Notes: a model not told the origin generated them from the sequence alone. A stretch of 59,516 bases of DNA, filler included, from Squatina squatina (GCA_031763465.1; 3 parts of 3 records of this genome joined end to end with filler, not necessarily neighbours in it); one strand, 5' to 3'. Positions 29,406-42,989 are shown, counted from the whole stretch's first letter. Translations and numbers: made by a program.

Positions 29406-29556
29406 ATATTGATGAATGTGAGACTATCCCAGATGCTTGCAAAGGCGAAATGAAATGTATAAACCATTACGGAGGATATTTATGCCTGCCTAAAACAGCT
29501 ATCATTATCATGAATAATAGCGTTGAAAGAGGGAATGTGTCCACGACTCCTTTTTC
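29406..29556 (+). CDS. EFEMP1: EFEMP1-like coding exon 3, modified cbEGF domain (truncated by gap)
   Basis: tttcag|(D)[37 protein letters not shown]...; phase 1 matches the previous exon; runs into the N gap at 29557. Confidence 0.88.
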
Positions 29557-30785
29557 NNNNNNNNNNNNNNNNNNNNNNNNNNNNNNNNNNNNNNNNNNNN
29601 NNNNNNNNNNNNNNNNNNNNNNNNNNNNNNNNNNNNNNNNNNNNNNNNNNNNNNNNGACCAGAATTTGCAACAAAATTAGATGATATTCAGAAACAGAAG
29701 AATACATGGGAAGAGCAGGGAAATGGGATCAGACCTTCTGAACTGTAATTTCTGTGGTTCTAAATGAAGAAATAGAGTGGAAGAGAGGATTGAGCACTGG
29801 GGAATCTTTGTGTTAAGGGATAAAGAGTCAAAGGATCAGCTGTCAACCACGGCACAAATAGAATGATTTGTAAAAAAATCTGGATCGCCATCAACATTCT
29901 TTGGTGGGAAGCCATTTGATGGAAATTTGTTTAAAAGTGTCCAGTTCCAGATCCAGTAAAAGACATTAAGGCAATGACAAACAGTTCACCAAAGTGCTGC
30001 AAAAGCAGAATTCTGGAAATACTTCATAAAGCCAACAAAATCCCCAATTGAATGGCCATGCCAAAACCAGACCGGTAATAATGGATTTGGCCAGAACATT
30101 TGAGGGATTGAATAATTTGTGAGTTAATACTAACTTTAGAAAGTACTAATGGGCGGAAGAGACATTCCCAGGAGTCCAACGCAGCCTGGTTGCACATTGC
30201 ACAGGAGGACACAGGAGGACACAAGCAGGGATTAAAGGGTATTATCATGGTGGTTAAAAGGATAAAAGGGATCGGGTCAGCATGAGCAAATTTCCAAAGG
30301 GTAACTGAATAACTATTACGGGGTAAGTTTGGAAGCAGATATTTTGAGGGTGATTGAGGGGTATCATTAGAACCAAAAGTCCTATTGGAGTCGATAGCGA
30401 ATTAAGTCCCACAGACCTGCTGCATGTATCCCTTTCTGATGTCAGTCAAAATGGTAAAACATAGCAGAGGGAATTTTTTTTAACCAAGGTCGTCATAATT
30501 GGAAAGAGAAGGAAAGTGAGTCAATAAATAATTGTCACTTTTATTGCCTCACTTCCCTTTAACTTCTCTCAACTTCAAAGTCACAAAGATGAATGCCATG
30601 ATAGAAGCAGGAAGCCGAGGTGTACAGGTTGGTGGTGGTCATAATTTGATAACAAAAATGTAAGTGTTAGTAGCTATACTAGAAGCAAAGTTTAAAAAAA
30701 ATTCAGAATAAAACTCAAACTCATGGAAAAGAAAAAAAAAAGTTAACTGAAGCAGAACTCTGGCATACATGAACAGGAAGAATTT

Positions 30786-30885
30786 NNNNNNNNNNNNNNN
30801 NNNNNNNNNNNNNNNNNNNNNNNNNNNNNTTAATTAATTAANNNNNNNNNNNNNNNNNNNNNNNNNNNNNNNNNNNNNNNNNNNN
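30786..30885. other. Synthetic scaffold spacer N44-TTAATTAATTAA-N44
   Basis: 12-mer with stops in all six frames at 30830-30841, centred in a 100-nt block. Confidence 0.92.
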
Positions 30886-31098
30886 CCACGACTCTCTGTT
30901 TCCTGTCACTGAGCCAATTTGGTATCCATGCTGCCACTGTCCCTTTCATTCCATGGGCTTCAACTTTGCTGGCAAGCCTATTATGTGGAACTTCATCAAA
31001 CACCTTTTGGAAGTCCATGTACACCACATCAACCACATTGTCCTCATCAACCCTCTCTGTTACCTCATCAAAAAATTCAATCAAGTTATTTAAAACAC
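30886..31098 (-). mobile_element. CR1 LINE RT fragment
   Basis: NLIEFFDEVTERVDEDNVVDVVYMDFQKVFDEVPHNRLASKVEAHGMKGTVAAWIPNWLSDRKQRVV. Confidence 0.9.
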
Positions 31099-31680
31099 GA
31101 TGGGGGGGAAATTGCAAAGTGCCCCATTTGTGGGCGGTAACAGCAGCAAGGCGGGAGTTCCTGCACCAGGCGATATTGAGATTAACACCCCCGAGAGAGA
31201 GAGCAGAGCGCAAAATAATACACTCCACATGGTGCAAGCGGGGTGAAATCAAAAGGGGAGGGGCGCAGTGCCACGTGCTCTGACGCTTACCGCTGCCACT
31301 CCCCTTCATTAAAGAAAAGGGCCAAACTGCCGACTCTGCAGGTCCCTGCCTGGACCACCGGGGAACGGGGTGCCTTGGCAGCACTCAAGTGTTTGCCAGG
31401 CTGCAAGATCACGACATGGGACCCACGTTTGAAATGCTGATGGTGCTTGAAAAATAATCGGAGGATTTTTAATGTTAATTGACGACACCTCTCCTTTCAG
31501 TATGGCTGTGCGAGCGGCCGCCCTGTACACGCTCCCCTGAAGCTGTCGTCAGGCTCAGCTGCAGGGGACGATACCCAATTTCAGGGCTGGAGTGAAATCG
31601 GGGCGCTGCGCATGGTGATGTCATCGTCACCGGTGAAGCGGGGCACTAAACTCCCGCGGAATTCAGCAGGAGTTGCTAGC
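31099..31680. mobile_element. GC-rich non-coding (MITE-like) element between CR1 pieces
   Basis: Abrupt GC/CpG-rich block starting ggggggaaattg and ending near cggaattcagc, between two minus-strand CR1 segments. Confidence 0.45.
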
Positions 31681-32557
31681 GGTGCCGCACCCAGGCTCTC
31701 GTCTTTCTTCACTGACAGAAAACTCTCCGTGTGGGTTAATCTTGAGACCGATGTTCCTGATAATACTTTTTTGAGTTGCACGGCCCTTTCCACTAACTTT
31801 TGCCACCTTATATGTTTTCTCTTTCAACTTAATGCCTTCCTTAACTTCCTTGGTTAGCCATGGTTGTTTCATGTCTCCCTGAGAATCTTTCCTCCTCAAT
31901 GGGACATATTTTTGCTGAGAGTCATGAATTACCTCCTTAAAATATCTGCCACTGCTTTCCTACTGTCTTTCCTGCTAATCTATCTGCCCAGTCCACTTTA
32001 GCCAACTCCATCCTCATTCTATTGTAATTCCCTTTATTTAAGTCAAACACAGTTGTTTCCGACCCAAGTTTCTCACTCTCAAACTGAATGCAAAATTCTA
32101 TCATGTTATGATCACTACTTCCTAGGGGATCTTTTACTCTGAAGTCATTTATTAAACCTGCCTCATAACGTATTGCTCCAGGAATCTATCCCGAATGCAC
32201 TCTATAATTTAGTTCTTGATTAACCCAATCTACATAAAGATTAAAGTCACCCATAATTATTGCATTACCCTTTTTACACGCCCCCATTACTTGTTGATTT
32301 ATACCCTTTCCTATAGTGTGGCTACTGTTTGGGGTCTAAACACTACTCCTACCACTGTCTTCTTTCCCTTGCTGTTTTTTACCTCCACCCAAATGGAGTC
32401 TACATCTTCTGAGTCTAGATCATCTCTCACAACTGTACTCATTTCATCTCTTATGCTACCCCACCACCTTTTCCTTCCCACCTGTCCTTCCGAAAAGTCA
32501 AATATCCCTGAATATTAAGTTCCCAGCTTTGATCTCCTTGTAACCATGTCTCTGTAA
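31681..32557 (-). mobile_element. CR1 LINE ORF2 endonuclease/linker fragment
   Basis: TETWLQGDQSWELNIQGYLTFRKDRWEGKGGGVA and QPWLTKEVKEGIKLKEKTYKVAK. Confidence 0.88.
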
Positions 32558-32657
32558 NNNNNNNNNNNNNNNNNNNNNNNNNNNNNNNNNNNNNNNNNNN
32601 NNNNNNNNNNNNNNNNNNNNNNNNNNNNNNNNNNNNNNNNNNNNNNNNNNNNNNNNN

Positions 32658-32760
32658 CCTCCGCCCTGCCCCTCCGACAGTGCTAGATTTTGTGTGGGAC
32701 TCGAACCCACAACCTTCTGATTCAGAGGCAATGATGCTACCCACTGAGCCACGGCTGGCA
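32658..32760 (-). mobile_element. Deu-SINE tRNA-like head
   Basis: Reverse complement gccgtggctcagtgggtagc...ggttgtgggttcgagtcccac with A and B boxes. Confidence 0.75.
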
Positions 32761-32799
32761 CTGGAGTATCAGTGACTAGAGCATTGATCAGTTACTGAT

Positions 32800-32945
32800 A
32801 CAAATCAATCCTCCAGTCACTGATACTGGAATGTGGGTGAGTATTGGTGATTGCAGTGTGGATGTGGATGAGGATCAGCGATTGCAGTATGGCTGTTGGA
32901 GATTGAAGGATCGGTGATTGCAGTATGCGTAGCGGTAATTGGAGT
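32800..32945 (+). repeat. Degenerate minisatellite (gattgcagtatg-like units)
   Basis: Repeated gtgattgcagtgtg, cgattgcagtatg, gtgattgcagtatg, gtaattggagtg. Confidence 0.6.
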
Positions 32946-32959
32946 GTTGTGGCTTTAAA

Positions 32960-33150
32960 CCCACACCTCAGTGCAGTACTGAGGGAGTGCTGCAAATGAG
33001 ACATTAAACCAATGTCCTGTCTGCCTGTTCAGGTGGATATAAACGATCTCGTGGTACTATTGGGGGAAAAAAAATAGGGGAGTTCTCCCCGGTGTCCCTC
33101 AATCAATATCACTAAAAAAAGGGTTATGTAGTCAAGTCTCGTTGCTGGTT
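32960..33150 (+). mobile_element. Deu-SINE body fragment
   Basis: gtgcagtactgagggagtgctgca...caggtggat...ggggagttctccccggtgtcc. Confidence 0.75.
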
Positions 33151-33466
33151 TTGGGTGTCGCTGCAAGGCTAGTATTTATTGCCCATCCCTAGTTGTCCGG
33201 AGAAGGTGGTGGTTGCTCCTCTGATACAGCTGAGGGTAGTTAAGAGTCAGCGGCGGGTAAGACTGTTTAAGAACAGGAGGTTTAAAGGAACCAGTTGGGT
33301 TTTTATGACAATCCAACAGCTTTGTGGACACTTTTACTGACACCAGATTTTTAAATTCAAGATTATTTGAAGTGAATTCAAATTCTCAGACTGCCGCTGT
33401 GAGGTTTAACTTGTGTTCTCTGGATTNNNNNNNNNNGCTCCAATTCTGTGTCCTCTTCTCCCACAG

Positions 33467-33565
33467 GTATAACCCTGAGAATCTCTCGACATTGGAGCGG
33501 TACGTGGAGACACAGGCCAGGGAGAACGCATATGATCTGGAAGCCAATCTGGCTGTTCTTAAACT
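33467..33565 (+). CDS. EIF3K: Eukaryotic translation initiation factor 3 subunit K, internal exon (99 nt)
   Basis: tcttctcccacag|(R)[32 protein letters not shown](L)|gtaagt; near identical to the eIF3k N-terminal region; phase 2-2. Confidence 0.93.
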
Positions 33566-33793
33566 GTAAGTATACCTCTTCTGAAGTAAGATCATTGAAC
33601 CTGAACCTGAAACGTTTCCCTCTCCCCAAAGGCTGACTAACCTGCTGTGTGTTTCCAGCATTTTCTGCCTTTATTTCGTATACCTCTTCAACTNNNNNNN
33701 NNNNNNNNNNNNNNNNNNNNNNNNNNNNNNNNNNNNNNNNNNNNNNNNNNNNNNNNNNNNNNNNNNNNNNNNNNNNNNNNNNNNNNNNNNNNN

Positions 33794-34145
33794 ACAGCCA
33801 ATGAAGTACTTATGAAGTGTAATTACTGTTGTAATGTAGGAAACATGGCCATCAATTTGTGCACAGCAAGCTTCCACAAACAGAAATAAAGTAAATAATT
33901 AGATGCTTTTTTAAAAAAATGTTGGTTGAGAGATAAATATTGGAAGAGCTACGTTGCTCCTCTTCGAATGGTGCCGTGGGATCTTTTATATTCACCTGAC
34001 AGGGCAGATGGGGTCTCGGTTAAATGTCTTATTTGAAAGACAGCACTTTTGACAGTGCACCATACCCTCAGTACTGAACTGAATTGCTAGCTATGTGTTA
34101 AAGTTGGACTTGAACCCACAACGTTCTGACTGAGGCAAGACTGTT
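33794..34145 (-). mobile_element. Deu-SINE
   Basis: Reverse complement of the 38130 copy. Confidence 0.78.
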
Positions 34146-35828
34146 ACCTCAGAGGCAAGATAAATTTGTTTTGCTTAGTAAAGAGTATATCCATCACCTG
34201 CTTGATGCAGCAATGCACTGCAAGTTGATTGATGTTGCTGATGTCACCTGGAATGACCCTGAGGCATGGAAATTCAGGTCCACAGCAACCTTCAAAGCCA
34301 CAGGCAATGAGGGGTGTGACCTGGTTCAGGGCTGCAATTGGTATTGTAACAGGTTACATAGCTCTCTCTCAGCCTCCCTGATGTAGCGGAATTACCAGAG
34401 ATATTACTGCTCAGTTAACTGGAGGCAAGATATTCTGTTCCTATTCGGCCTCCTGCACCCTCCACTACTAAGCCACTCTTTCTCCTCTTCTCCACCGCCC
34501 CTCCCAGCAGCTAAAGCTCTTTGTACTCTGACTTGCTGCTGTTCCTCCTACTGATGCTCCAGCCCCAATAGCAAACTAAGCAGTGCACCCATGTTGGCAG
34601 AGTAACATTGTGCACAGGCCCCTAGGCAAAGATTGTCCTACAGTTGCTAATAGCACAATTTTTGAACTCCGCTCAGCAGCCAACACAGCCAGAAATGGGC
34701 CCAAAGTCTGCAACCAGTTTAAAACGACCTACCAGAGATGTACCTGAATGCAGCAGAGGATCCCTTTAAATAACCCTGTTGCTGTCTCCTTCCTGACTTT
34801 TGCCACCAAGGATTTGTGGGTAGGTTTTAGAGTGATCGATTACAGCACTCCCAAAGTTCAACTTTGCATAAGTAGGCCCAAGAATCCCAGTTTACAAATA
34901 TTTATTGGGCCTTTGCTGCTTTCAGGTGGGTGCCCTGGATGGCTAAAAGTTGCCCAATTCAATGTAGTGTCCTGTGCAATTCCGGAACAGTCAGATCACA
35001 ACATGAAATCTGGAGGTTTTATGCTGATTTCATGTCAGAAAATTGGGTGGCTGTGGGTTGAGTTTCTTCCCAAAACTGTTGTAGGTAAGTGTTTATTTAG
35101 TTCTCCCAAAATCATGGCTGTAGTGTCTGTTTCTTATTTTATTCAATGTTAGTCCCGTTTCTGGTCCTTGTATGAAAATGCAAGGTGTTTGTTCAATGCC
35201 CTGTACACATAAGCACCACTATATTCTTGTTTATCAGGGCACTGTATCTCGTCCAATTCTCCCTTGTGGAATAGCTAAAGGTCAGATTGGAGTCCTAAGT
35301 AAGAACATGAGAAGGTCAGTTAAATGTTTCAGTTGTTGGCAGTCACACAAGACCTAATGCTGTGTCATCAGTCACTGCAGAAGTTTCAAGATTTCTTTGC
35401 ATGATGAAGGTGCTTTAAAAACTCATTCAGAAACCCAAACACAATGAATTGTTAGATTGTAGTTTAGAAGTAAAAATACATTGCAATACTGTCTGCATAT
35501 TTTGTAAAGCATTCCATGTCCAAGTACAAATGCTAGAAAAACATAAGACTACTTGAAACAATGCAGCTTGATATTAATGAAGCATGCTTCTAAGCCAGTC
35601 TGTGTTCTCTGAAGTAGATGAATAAGCTGTGCAGAAATGTGATCAATTTTAGCAAGTTTTACCTAGCCTGTAATGAAATAGCATGTTTTAGACTTCTTGG
35701 CGATGCTGGGGACATTGGAGATGCTGGGNNNNNNNNNNNNNNNNNNNNNNNNNNNNNNNNNNNNNNNNNNNNNNNNNNNNNNNNNNNNNNNNNNNNNNNN
35801 NNNNNNNNNNNNNNNNNNNNNNNNNNNN

Positions 35829-36525
35829 CCTGCAAAGTGATAGAGACAGGTTAACTGAGTGGGCAATAAGGTGGCAGATGGAATTTAATGTGAAATTATT
35901 CACTTTGGTAGGTAGAAAGAATTTAAATTAAAAATGTTGGTGCTCAAAGAGATTTAGGTGTCCTCGTGCAGGAAACACAAAGTTAGCATGCTGGTACAGC
36001 AGGCAATTAAGGCAGCAAATGGTATGTTGGCCTTTATTGCAAGGGGGTTGGAGTATAAAAGTAAGGAAGTCTTATTACAGTTGTACAGGGCTTTGGGGAG
36101 GCCACATCTGGAGCACTGTGCAGTTTTGGTCTCATCATCTGAGAGGCGACGCAACAAAGGTTCACTAGATTGATCACTGGGGTGAGAGGGTTGTCCTATG
36201 AGGAGAGATTGAGTTTATACTCTCTGGAGTTTAGAAGATTGAGGGGTTTGACAGTAGATGCTGAGAAGTTGTTTTCGCTGACTGGAGAGTCTACAACCAG
36301 GTGGCATAGTCTTAGGATAAAGGGGTAGACCATTTAAGACAGATGAGGAGGAATTTCTTCACTCAGAGGGTTGTTAATCATTGGAATTCTCCATCCCAAA
36401 AGGCTGTGGATGCTGAATCATTGAGTATATTCAAGGCTGAGTATATTCAAGGCTGAGAAATAGATTTTTGGACTCTGGGGGAAATCAAGGGACATGGAGA
36501 TCGGACGGGAAAGTGGAGTTGAAAT
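35829..36525 (+). mobile_element. CR1 LINE ORF2 C-terminus and 3' end
   Basis: VQQAIKAANGMLAFIARGLEYKSKEVLLQLYRALGRPHLEHC followed by typical CR1 3' sequence. Confidence 0.88.
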
Positions 36526-36746
36526 AGAATTTTGATTTTTCTTGTTATTGACGCAGAATACTTTACTATTTTATATTCCTCGATAATTTAATTTCGTAGT
36601 TCCCTTTTGCTTTCCTAATTATTTTTTGACATCTTTCCCACCCTCTNNNNNNNNNNNNNNNNNNNNNNNNNNNNNNNNNNNNNNNNNNNNNNNNNNNNNN
36701 NNNNNNNNNNNNNNNNNNNNNNNNNNNNNNNNNNNNNNNNNNNNNN

Positions 36747-36905
36747 AGAAGGCTGTGGAGGCTCAGTCGTTGAGTATATTCAAGAAGGACATAGATAGAT
36801 TTCTACATATTAAAGGCATAAAGGGATATGGGGAAAAAGTAGAGAATGGCGTTGAGGTAGATCAGCCAAATGGCCTACTCCTGCTCCTATTTTCTATGTT
36901 TCTGT
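36747..36905 (+). mobile_element. CR1 3' tail
   Basis: KAVEAQSLSIFKKDIDRFL and aatggcctactcctgctcctattttctatgtttct. Confidence 0.8.
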
Positions 36906-37464
36906 GTAATCAGTTGATTGTCTAATCTGTAAGAACTAAAGATTTCTTTGAACTTACTGGTAACGGGTTGAAATTCTGATCCACGAGGTGATTAAATCCG
37001 TGGTCAAAGAACGAATTCCGGATCACGACATCTATCCCCTGCTTGGCTGACATTCCCAGCGTATTTAACCACCTGTAGGTATAGAAGCAGAGACAGTCAG
37101 CCTATGTCCATCTGTGGCTGTGCACGGCACTATGAGAAAGAGTCTCACTTTAGCAGCCCAGTAGTCACTACAAATAAACAGCTTCAGAAAATAACCCTGT
37201 TTGGATTAATAGTGCAGTAATCTGCAGAAATATCTGCGCAACATTTTCCGCTTGAATTCAGAACCCACTTAATTGCATAATAGAGTAAGTGCTTGATTCG
37301 GCTGCTGTTATTTCCTCCAACATGTGGGAAAAATGGGTAACAAGAGTGGAAGAGTAAATGGGATACAGTGGTGTAGTGCTTAATGTATGGGACTTTGTAA
37401 CCTAAGAGACTGTGAGCTCAAATCCTGCCATGTTGAGTTCAATAATCTGGTCTGTTGCAGTATC

Positions 37465-37740
37465 TGCTGTGGCTCAGTGGAGAGCGCCCTCGCCTCGGTG
37501 TCAGAAGGTTCGGCATTCAGAGTCCCACTCCAGAGCCTTGAGCACAAAAATCTAGGCTGACACTCCACTGCAATACTGAGGGAGTGCTGCACTGTCTGAG
37601 GTGCCGTCTTTCGGGTGAGACGTTAAACCCAGGCCCCGTCTGCCCTCTCAGGTGGATGTAAAAGATCCTGTGGCGCTATTTCGAAGAAGGGCAGGAGAGT
37701 TATTTCTTGTGTCCTGGCCAATATTTATCCCTCAATCAAC
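37465..37740 (+). mobile_element. Deu-domain SINE (SacSINE1-like)
   Basis: tRNA-like head gtggctcagtgg and Deu core ggtgccgtctttcgggtgagacgttaaacccaggcccc...taaaagatcctgtggcgcta...gtgtcctggccaatattt. Confidence 0.85.
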
Positions 37741-38129
37741 AGAACTAAATCAACACCTGACTCCAGTCCCACACTGTGAGCGACTCAAAAACAATTGCTA
37801 TTTCAAAAAGAAAGCCCACTGCCACCTTCCCAGGTCAACTAATGTTGGGCAATAAATGTGGCCTTGCCAGTGTTTGTGAACTAAGGTTTGATTTTTTAAA
37901 AACTGTTTTAATTAAAGTTAAGCAGGCTGAAGGACTTCCAGTAGCCTTCTGGATGATCACATCACTGCTTGTGTCGTAGAGACAGGAAGATCCCAGGTCC
38001 GATCGCCCGTCTGTGGTGAGTNNNNNNNNNNNNNNNNNNNNNNNNNNNNNNNNNNNNNNNNNNNNNNNNNNNNNNNNNNNNNNNNNNNNNNNNNNNNNNN
38101 NNNNNNNNNNNNNNNNNNNNNCATTCTTT

Positions 38130-38570
38130 TGCCTCTGAATCAGAAGATTGTGGGCTCAAGTCACTTCAATTCTAAACACTTGAGGTCTCACCCCAGACAC
38201 TTGAACACAAAATCTAGGCTAACAGCTCAGTGCAGTATTGAGGACGCGCTGCACTGTTGGAGGTGCTGTCTTTCGAATAGGACATTAAACGGAGGCCCTG
38301 TCTGCCCTCTCAGGTGGATGTGAAAAATTCCATGGTACTATTTTGAAGCCAAGCAGGGGAATTGTCCCTTGTGTCCTGGCCAATATATATCGCTCAACCA
38401 AGCATCATTAAAGAGATTATCTGGTCATTAGCACTTTAACTTGCTGTTTGTGGGAGCTTGCTGTGTGCAAACCTGCTAGCACGTTTCCTACATTACAACA
38501 GTTACTAGTCTGCACTGTAAAGCGCTTTGGATTTGATGGGTATTCTATAAATTCAAGTCTTTCTTTCTTC
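38130..38570 (+). mobile_element. Deu-domain SINE, near full length
   Basis: Same core as 37465 with a tctttctttc tail. Confidence 0.82.
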
Positions 38571-39137
38571 TGCTTTCAGACTGCAACAACAGTTTGCATT
38601 TATATAGTGCTTTAACGATACAGTGCAGAAGAAGCATGCCTGTGCTAGCTCTTTGGTAGAACTATCCAAAGATTCCCGCTCATGTCTTATGAGCCTTTCT
38701 TCCATATTTCAAAGCCATGCGTAATCCCCAGCCAGAAAGATGTAACATCTGCTATTTAATTTGGTTGCTTGAGAAGGGTCAAAGAATGGGCAGCGTGGAT
38801 GAGATCATCCTACCATTACGAGTCAGATTGCCCAAAATGTCCAAAATTGATTGAACTTCATTTTGATTTTGATTCGTACAATATTTGATAATTACCCCAT
38901 GGTTCGTGGAAAGATTAAAGTATAGCTAAAAGTGCAATCTATTAACCTAAATACAGTGCCGAAGTCCTCAATACCTTACTTGCTTGTTGTAAATATGGCT
39001 TCTGATTGAGTTCACAAGTCTCTGTCAGTTCAACGAANNNNNNNNNNNNNNNNNNNNNNNNNNNNNNNNNNNNNNNNNNNNNNNNNNNNNNNNNNNNNNN
39101 NNNNNNNNNNNNNNNNNNNNNNNNNNNNNNNNNNNNN

Positions 39138-39230
39138 TTGCTGTTTGTGGGAGCTTGCTGTGCGCAAATTGGCTGCTGTGTTTCCTACATTACAACAGTG
39201 ACTACACTTCAAAAGGTACGTCATTGGCTT
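39138..39230 (+). mobile_element. Deu-SINE 3' fragment
   Basis: ttgctgtttgtgggagcttgctgtgcgcaaattggctgc...tacattacaacagtgactacacttcaaaa, shared with 38440-38510. Confidence 0.75.
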
Positions 39231-39924
39231 TGGGAAATCGCTTTTCTGTTTTTCAGTGTGCTTAGGCATGGGAGGGGAAAATTCAGTCAGGGTTCCTGCT
39301 CTTGATTGAGTTGCAGTAACCCTGCTACAGATGCACCTGTGTGGATGCCAAGCCAGGACGGACTGAGCACGGCAGTGTTGACCCCGTCCCTTCTCTTCAC
39401 AGTTGAATAGCCTGCTGATGCTGACTGCCCAGGGTCCTGTGTGAAAAATCCCAACTTTGATTGAGATCCTGCTCCTATTTCTTATGTTCTTATGAGATAG
39501 CGATGGGCTGCTCGAGCCATTGAATCACAGCCTTTGGGAAGTGAGTGGTAAACGAGGCAAAAGAGAGGGGAAAGAATTCAGCTTTATTTCACAATGCCCA
39601 GGGCCACTCATTTACAGTGACTAAATAATTCAAATTCCATTTTTATCTGTGTTTTGGGGATTTAGTACCACGATTCTTTCATTTTTCCATGTAAACAGTA
39701 AATTGGGGGCTACTGTGCCATTAAACAGTATTAACACCATAATTATGGATTTATCCCAGTAGCACTGCGGGAGCAGGAATTTAACCGGGGATGGTAATAT
39801 GAAGGAATTCACAGCTCTAATTATGACTATAGTAGATGTATTTAACGAGTAACTTTAACACCCGTAATGTAAGTGGAATTTGCTGTAGTGCTTGAGTGCC
39901 TGTGTCTGTTCAGCAAATGTGTAA

Positions 39925-40260
39925 TTCTGATAACAGAAAGATGTGAGTTCAAATCCCACCATGGCAGCTGTGGAATTTAAATTCAGTTAATTAAATAAAC
40001 CTGGAATAAAAAGCTAGGATTAGTAACGGTGACTATGAAACTACCGATTGTCGTTATAAACTCATCTGTTTCACTAACGTTCTTTAGGGAAGGAAATCTT
40101 CTGCCCTTACCCGGTCTGGCCTTTATGTGACTCCAGACCCACAGCAATGTGGGTGACTCTTAACTGCCCTCTGAAATGGCCCAGCAAGACACTCAGTTGT
40201 AACAAACTGCTACAAAGAAGTATTGCAAGAACAAAACCGGACGGACCACCTAGGCATTGG
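39925..40260 (+). mobile_element. Interspersed repeat with B-box-like head
   Basis: gagttcaaatcccaccatggcag...gaaggaaatct...gactccagacccacagcaatgtgg; family recognised from memory only. Confidence 0.55.
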
Positions 40261-42244
40261 ACACAANNNNNNNNNNNNNNNNNNNNNNNNNNNNNNNNNN
40301 NNNNNNNNNNNNNNNNNNNNNNNNNNNNNNNNNNNNNNNNNNNNNNNNNNNNNNNNNNNNNNNNNNTTTGCGAATGAACTCACTGCTTTCCACTGTAAAT
40401 ATTTGAAGATATAGGGCGACATGGAGAGAGCAGGGCAGTGAGTTTAGCTTTTAATTGCTCTAGTATAGAGCTGGCACAGACACAGATGGGCTGAATGGCC
40501 TCCTTCTGTGCTGTAAACGTCTATGTAAGTTTGCTTCACTTGTGAAAAAAATTTCAAACTTATTAAAAAATAAAATCCATATTTTTATAAGCCAAAGTTA
40601 GATGCAAAATTACAGAGGGCAGCGAGTGGGCAGAGTGTTCTGGTAAAAGTTGTTCAATGTCAAAGTGTCTGGAATGGATAGTAAAACCATCCCAAATATG
40701 AAGTAAACATTTAAATTGTAGTCTGAAGCCAGTTGCACATGTAGAATGTCTTAGGTCGAATATTTAAGAGGTTGAGCCAACAATTGCCAGAATTCCTCAG
40801 TTTTTTAGTGTTCAGTACTGCTTCCCCCATCCCCTCCTCCCCCCTCCCACTGTGCAGGCAATTTAACAACAGCCGGATGTAATTCAGTTAAAAGGTCGTC
40901 ATTGAACAGGAGAATCCTCAGCTGTCTTACAAGAGGCTGTTGGAACTTGCCTCAGCAACACAGGAATCTGCCCATCGCTTTCTGGGCGCCGTGCTAAAGG
41001 AAGGCCCCACCCTGCTCTCCCAGCGTCTGGTACTCTAACATTGAGCCACAGACCACAAGCACTGAGTAAACAGTAAATGAACTTCATGCTGGGAAGGGGG
41101 AAAAAAAACCTACAAACTTCAGCAAAACATTTTTCATCTTCAGAATAATTCAGTTTCTGTCAGTGACAGCAATAACGAAGGGGGAAAGATTGCTGAATAT
41201 GTGAATATAGAACCTCACATGCCATATGCAAGTGGCAGTTTCTCGCAAAATTACAGAAGTTGAAAACAAAAAGAGGAATATTGAAAACAGGAAATGCCTT
41301 TTAAAATTTGTTTTTGAAGGTCAAGTTCCTTTTACCCACTGTAATGCATGACATGCGAGCCAGCACTGTAGCTTTGGTAACATAGTGGCTGGCTCCTGTT
41401 TACACAATCTCTAGATTTTAGTCGTAAGCTTTACTGACACATGACTTGGTTCCTTTGGGTTACTCAAGTTCTCAGATGAGACGGAGCGGTGAGGCAACCT
41501 GGGGTCAGAACATTTGAAATATCCAGTCCCACCCAAAGAGAAGGGTAGCTCCTCTTTGACAATCACAGCACCATTAAAACATGCATTCACACTATCCGGT
41601 CCTCCCAGGAAGAGGCATGCTGACGTGTAACACCAAGGGTGAGGTCATTTTCATTCTATAGTTACTGAAGTCTACTTTTCCATTGTTCCCTTTCCCCACC
41701 CATAGANNNNNNNNNNNNNNNNNNNNNNNNNNNNNNNNNNNNNNNNNNNNNNNNNNNNNNNNNNNNNNNNNNNNNNNNNNNNNNNNNNNNNNNNNNNNNN
41801 NNNNNNNNNNNNNNNNNNNNNNNNNNNNNNNNNNNNNNNNNNNNNNNNNNNNNNNNNNNNNNNNNNNNNNNNNNNNNNNNNNNNNNNNNNNNNNNNNNNN
41901 NNNNNNNNNNNNNNNNNNNNNNNNNNNNNNNNNNNNNNNNNNNNNNNNNNNNNNNNNNNNNNNNNNNNNNNNNNNNNNNNNNNNNNNNNNNNNNNNNNNN
42001 NNNNNNNNNNNNNNNNNNNNNNNNNNNNNNNNNNNNNNNNNNNNNNNNNNNNNNNNNNNNNNNNNNNNNNNNNNNNNNNNNNNNNNNNNNNNNNNNNNNN
42101 NNNNNNNNNNNNNNNNNNNNNNNNNNNNNNNNNNNNNNNNNNNNNNNNNNNNNNNNNNNNNNNNNNNNNNNNNNNNNNNNNNNNNNNNNNNNNNNNNNNN
42201 NNNNNNNNNNNNNNNNNNNNNNNNNNNNNNNNNNNNNNNNNNNN

Positions 42245-42490
42245 CCTGATTATAATCTTTCAATCATTGATGGCTATGCTTTCAGCTGCCTGGACCCCAA
42301 GTTCTGGAATTCCCTCCCTAAACCTCTCCGCCTCTCTTTCCTCCTTTAAGACGCTCCTTAAAACCTACCTCTTTCTGCTTTAATTTCTACTTATGTGGCT
42401 CGGTGTCAAATTTTGTTTGACAACCCTCCTTTGAAGTGCCTTGGGACGATTTACTCTGTTAAAGACGCTATATAAATATAAGTTGTTACA
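42245..42490 (+). mobile_element. L2-type LINE 3' end
   Basis: gctttcagctgcctggaccccaagttctggaattccctccc (AFSCLDPKFWNSLP)...tttaagacgctccttaaaacctacctctt (FKTLLKTYL), gttgtt tail. Confidence 0.75.
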
Positions 42491-42989
42491 AAGCAAACTG
42501 CACTGAACATTGTACAATTGCTGCTTCAGGTATTAACCAGTCAGGAGACAGGTATCCAAGCAACTCAGGTAGTTATTATTTCATTATATTCTTTTGGGGT
42601 GTGACAGCAACACATTCATGTCTAAACTCGATGAAATATTCAAGTGATACAATAATTCCACTTTAAAGTTGCATTAGTTTCCTTTGCAAAACTCAGTATT
42701 TTTGAACAGATTGTTTTCGCAGTAAAAGGTTATTTAATGTATTGTGCTGGGGTGCACGGTTAGTGGCTGAAATTTCTACTCCACTGTATTTCTTTTTATT
42801 GTAATTTTCTGTACTTTCCTCCCCCTCCTCCCCCTCTTCTGAAGGGAGTGATTCTCTCTGGCACCAGCAACCCTCCTGTACCTCGTCTGACAGGCTATCC
42901 TTCACGTGTGAGCCTTGACAATTCAACTGGAGGGAGCATCACAACCAAGTCCAATCTTGTCCTCACATCATATCTGCCAAGGATCACAG

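Noticed and set aside
32800-32945. Spaced repeats as a possible CRISPR-like array
   Set aside because: Degenerate vertebrate minisatellite with no constant repeat, unique spacers or cas genes.
36422-36456. 16-nt tandem duplication tgagtatattcaaggc
   Set aside because: Local slippage inside a dead CR1 copy.
32658-37530. tRNA-like A/B boxes
   Set aside because: Heads of tRNA-derived SINEs, not tRNA genes.
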